A program made the position numbers and the translations under genes. Below, one piece after another: positions 63,999-64,000 of a stretch of DNA of 64,000 bases; within the stretch, counting starts at the first letter, position 1, and each line of letters opens with the position of its first letter. The notes under the pieces are model-generated. The model saw only the letters and a program-made list of their open reading frames with translations. It was not told the origin of the DNA and did not search any database. Source of the stretch: Terriglobia bacterium (GTDB lineage: Bacteria > Acidobacteriota > Terriglobia > 20CM-2-55-15); contig CBDCLE010000004.1 in NCBI GenBank assembly GCA_965218585.1, forward strand, positions 32,001-96,000, given 5' to 3'.

Positions 63999-64000
63999 GT

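Overview
GC-rich bacterial DNA, most likely from an Acidobacteriota genome. This is inferred from the VWFA-type protein, DUF4159, SpoIIE-HAMP, DUF6152-type and Hanks-kinase remnants. The window shows active genome erosion. 1-11.2 kb is a flagellar/c-di-GMP locus: flgC, fliF, fliH, fliI and fliJ are intact, while flagellin, flgB, fliE, fliG, fliK and an HD-GYP gene are broken. A complete group II intron (WADD RT) joins fliK to an unrelated amino-acid permease. Mobile elements are IS5 (one full, one truncated), IS256 (two full with 8-bp TSDs, one partial), an IS110/IS1111-type element with a ~390-nt non-coding end, and IS21 and IS1182 remnants. About 15-45 kb is a patchwork of accessory genes separated by scars, including four Ser/Thr-kinase fragments. 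About 49-64 kb is mostly intact housekeeping-like genes. The best leads are: about a dozen scarless gene-to-gene deletion junctions; an in-frame TGA in a Tat-signal TPP enzyme paired with a cytochrome c; the candidate bridge/seek RNA of the IS110; the intron-mediated rearrangement; and kinase-tail repeats flanking a cargo gene. I found no tRNA, rRNA or CRISPR array. I cannot claim a clearly new multi-gene system from sequence alone.
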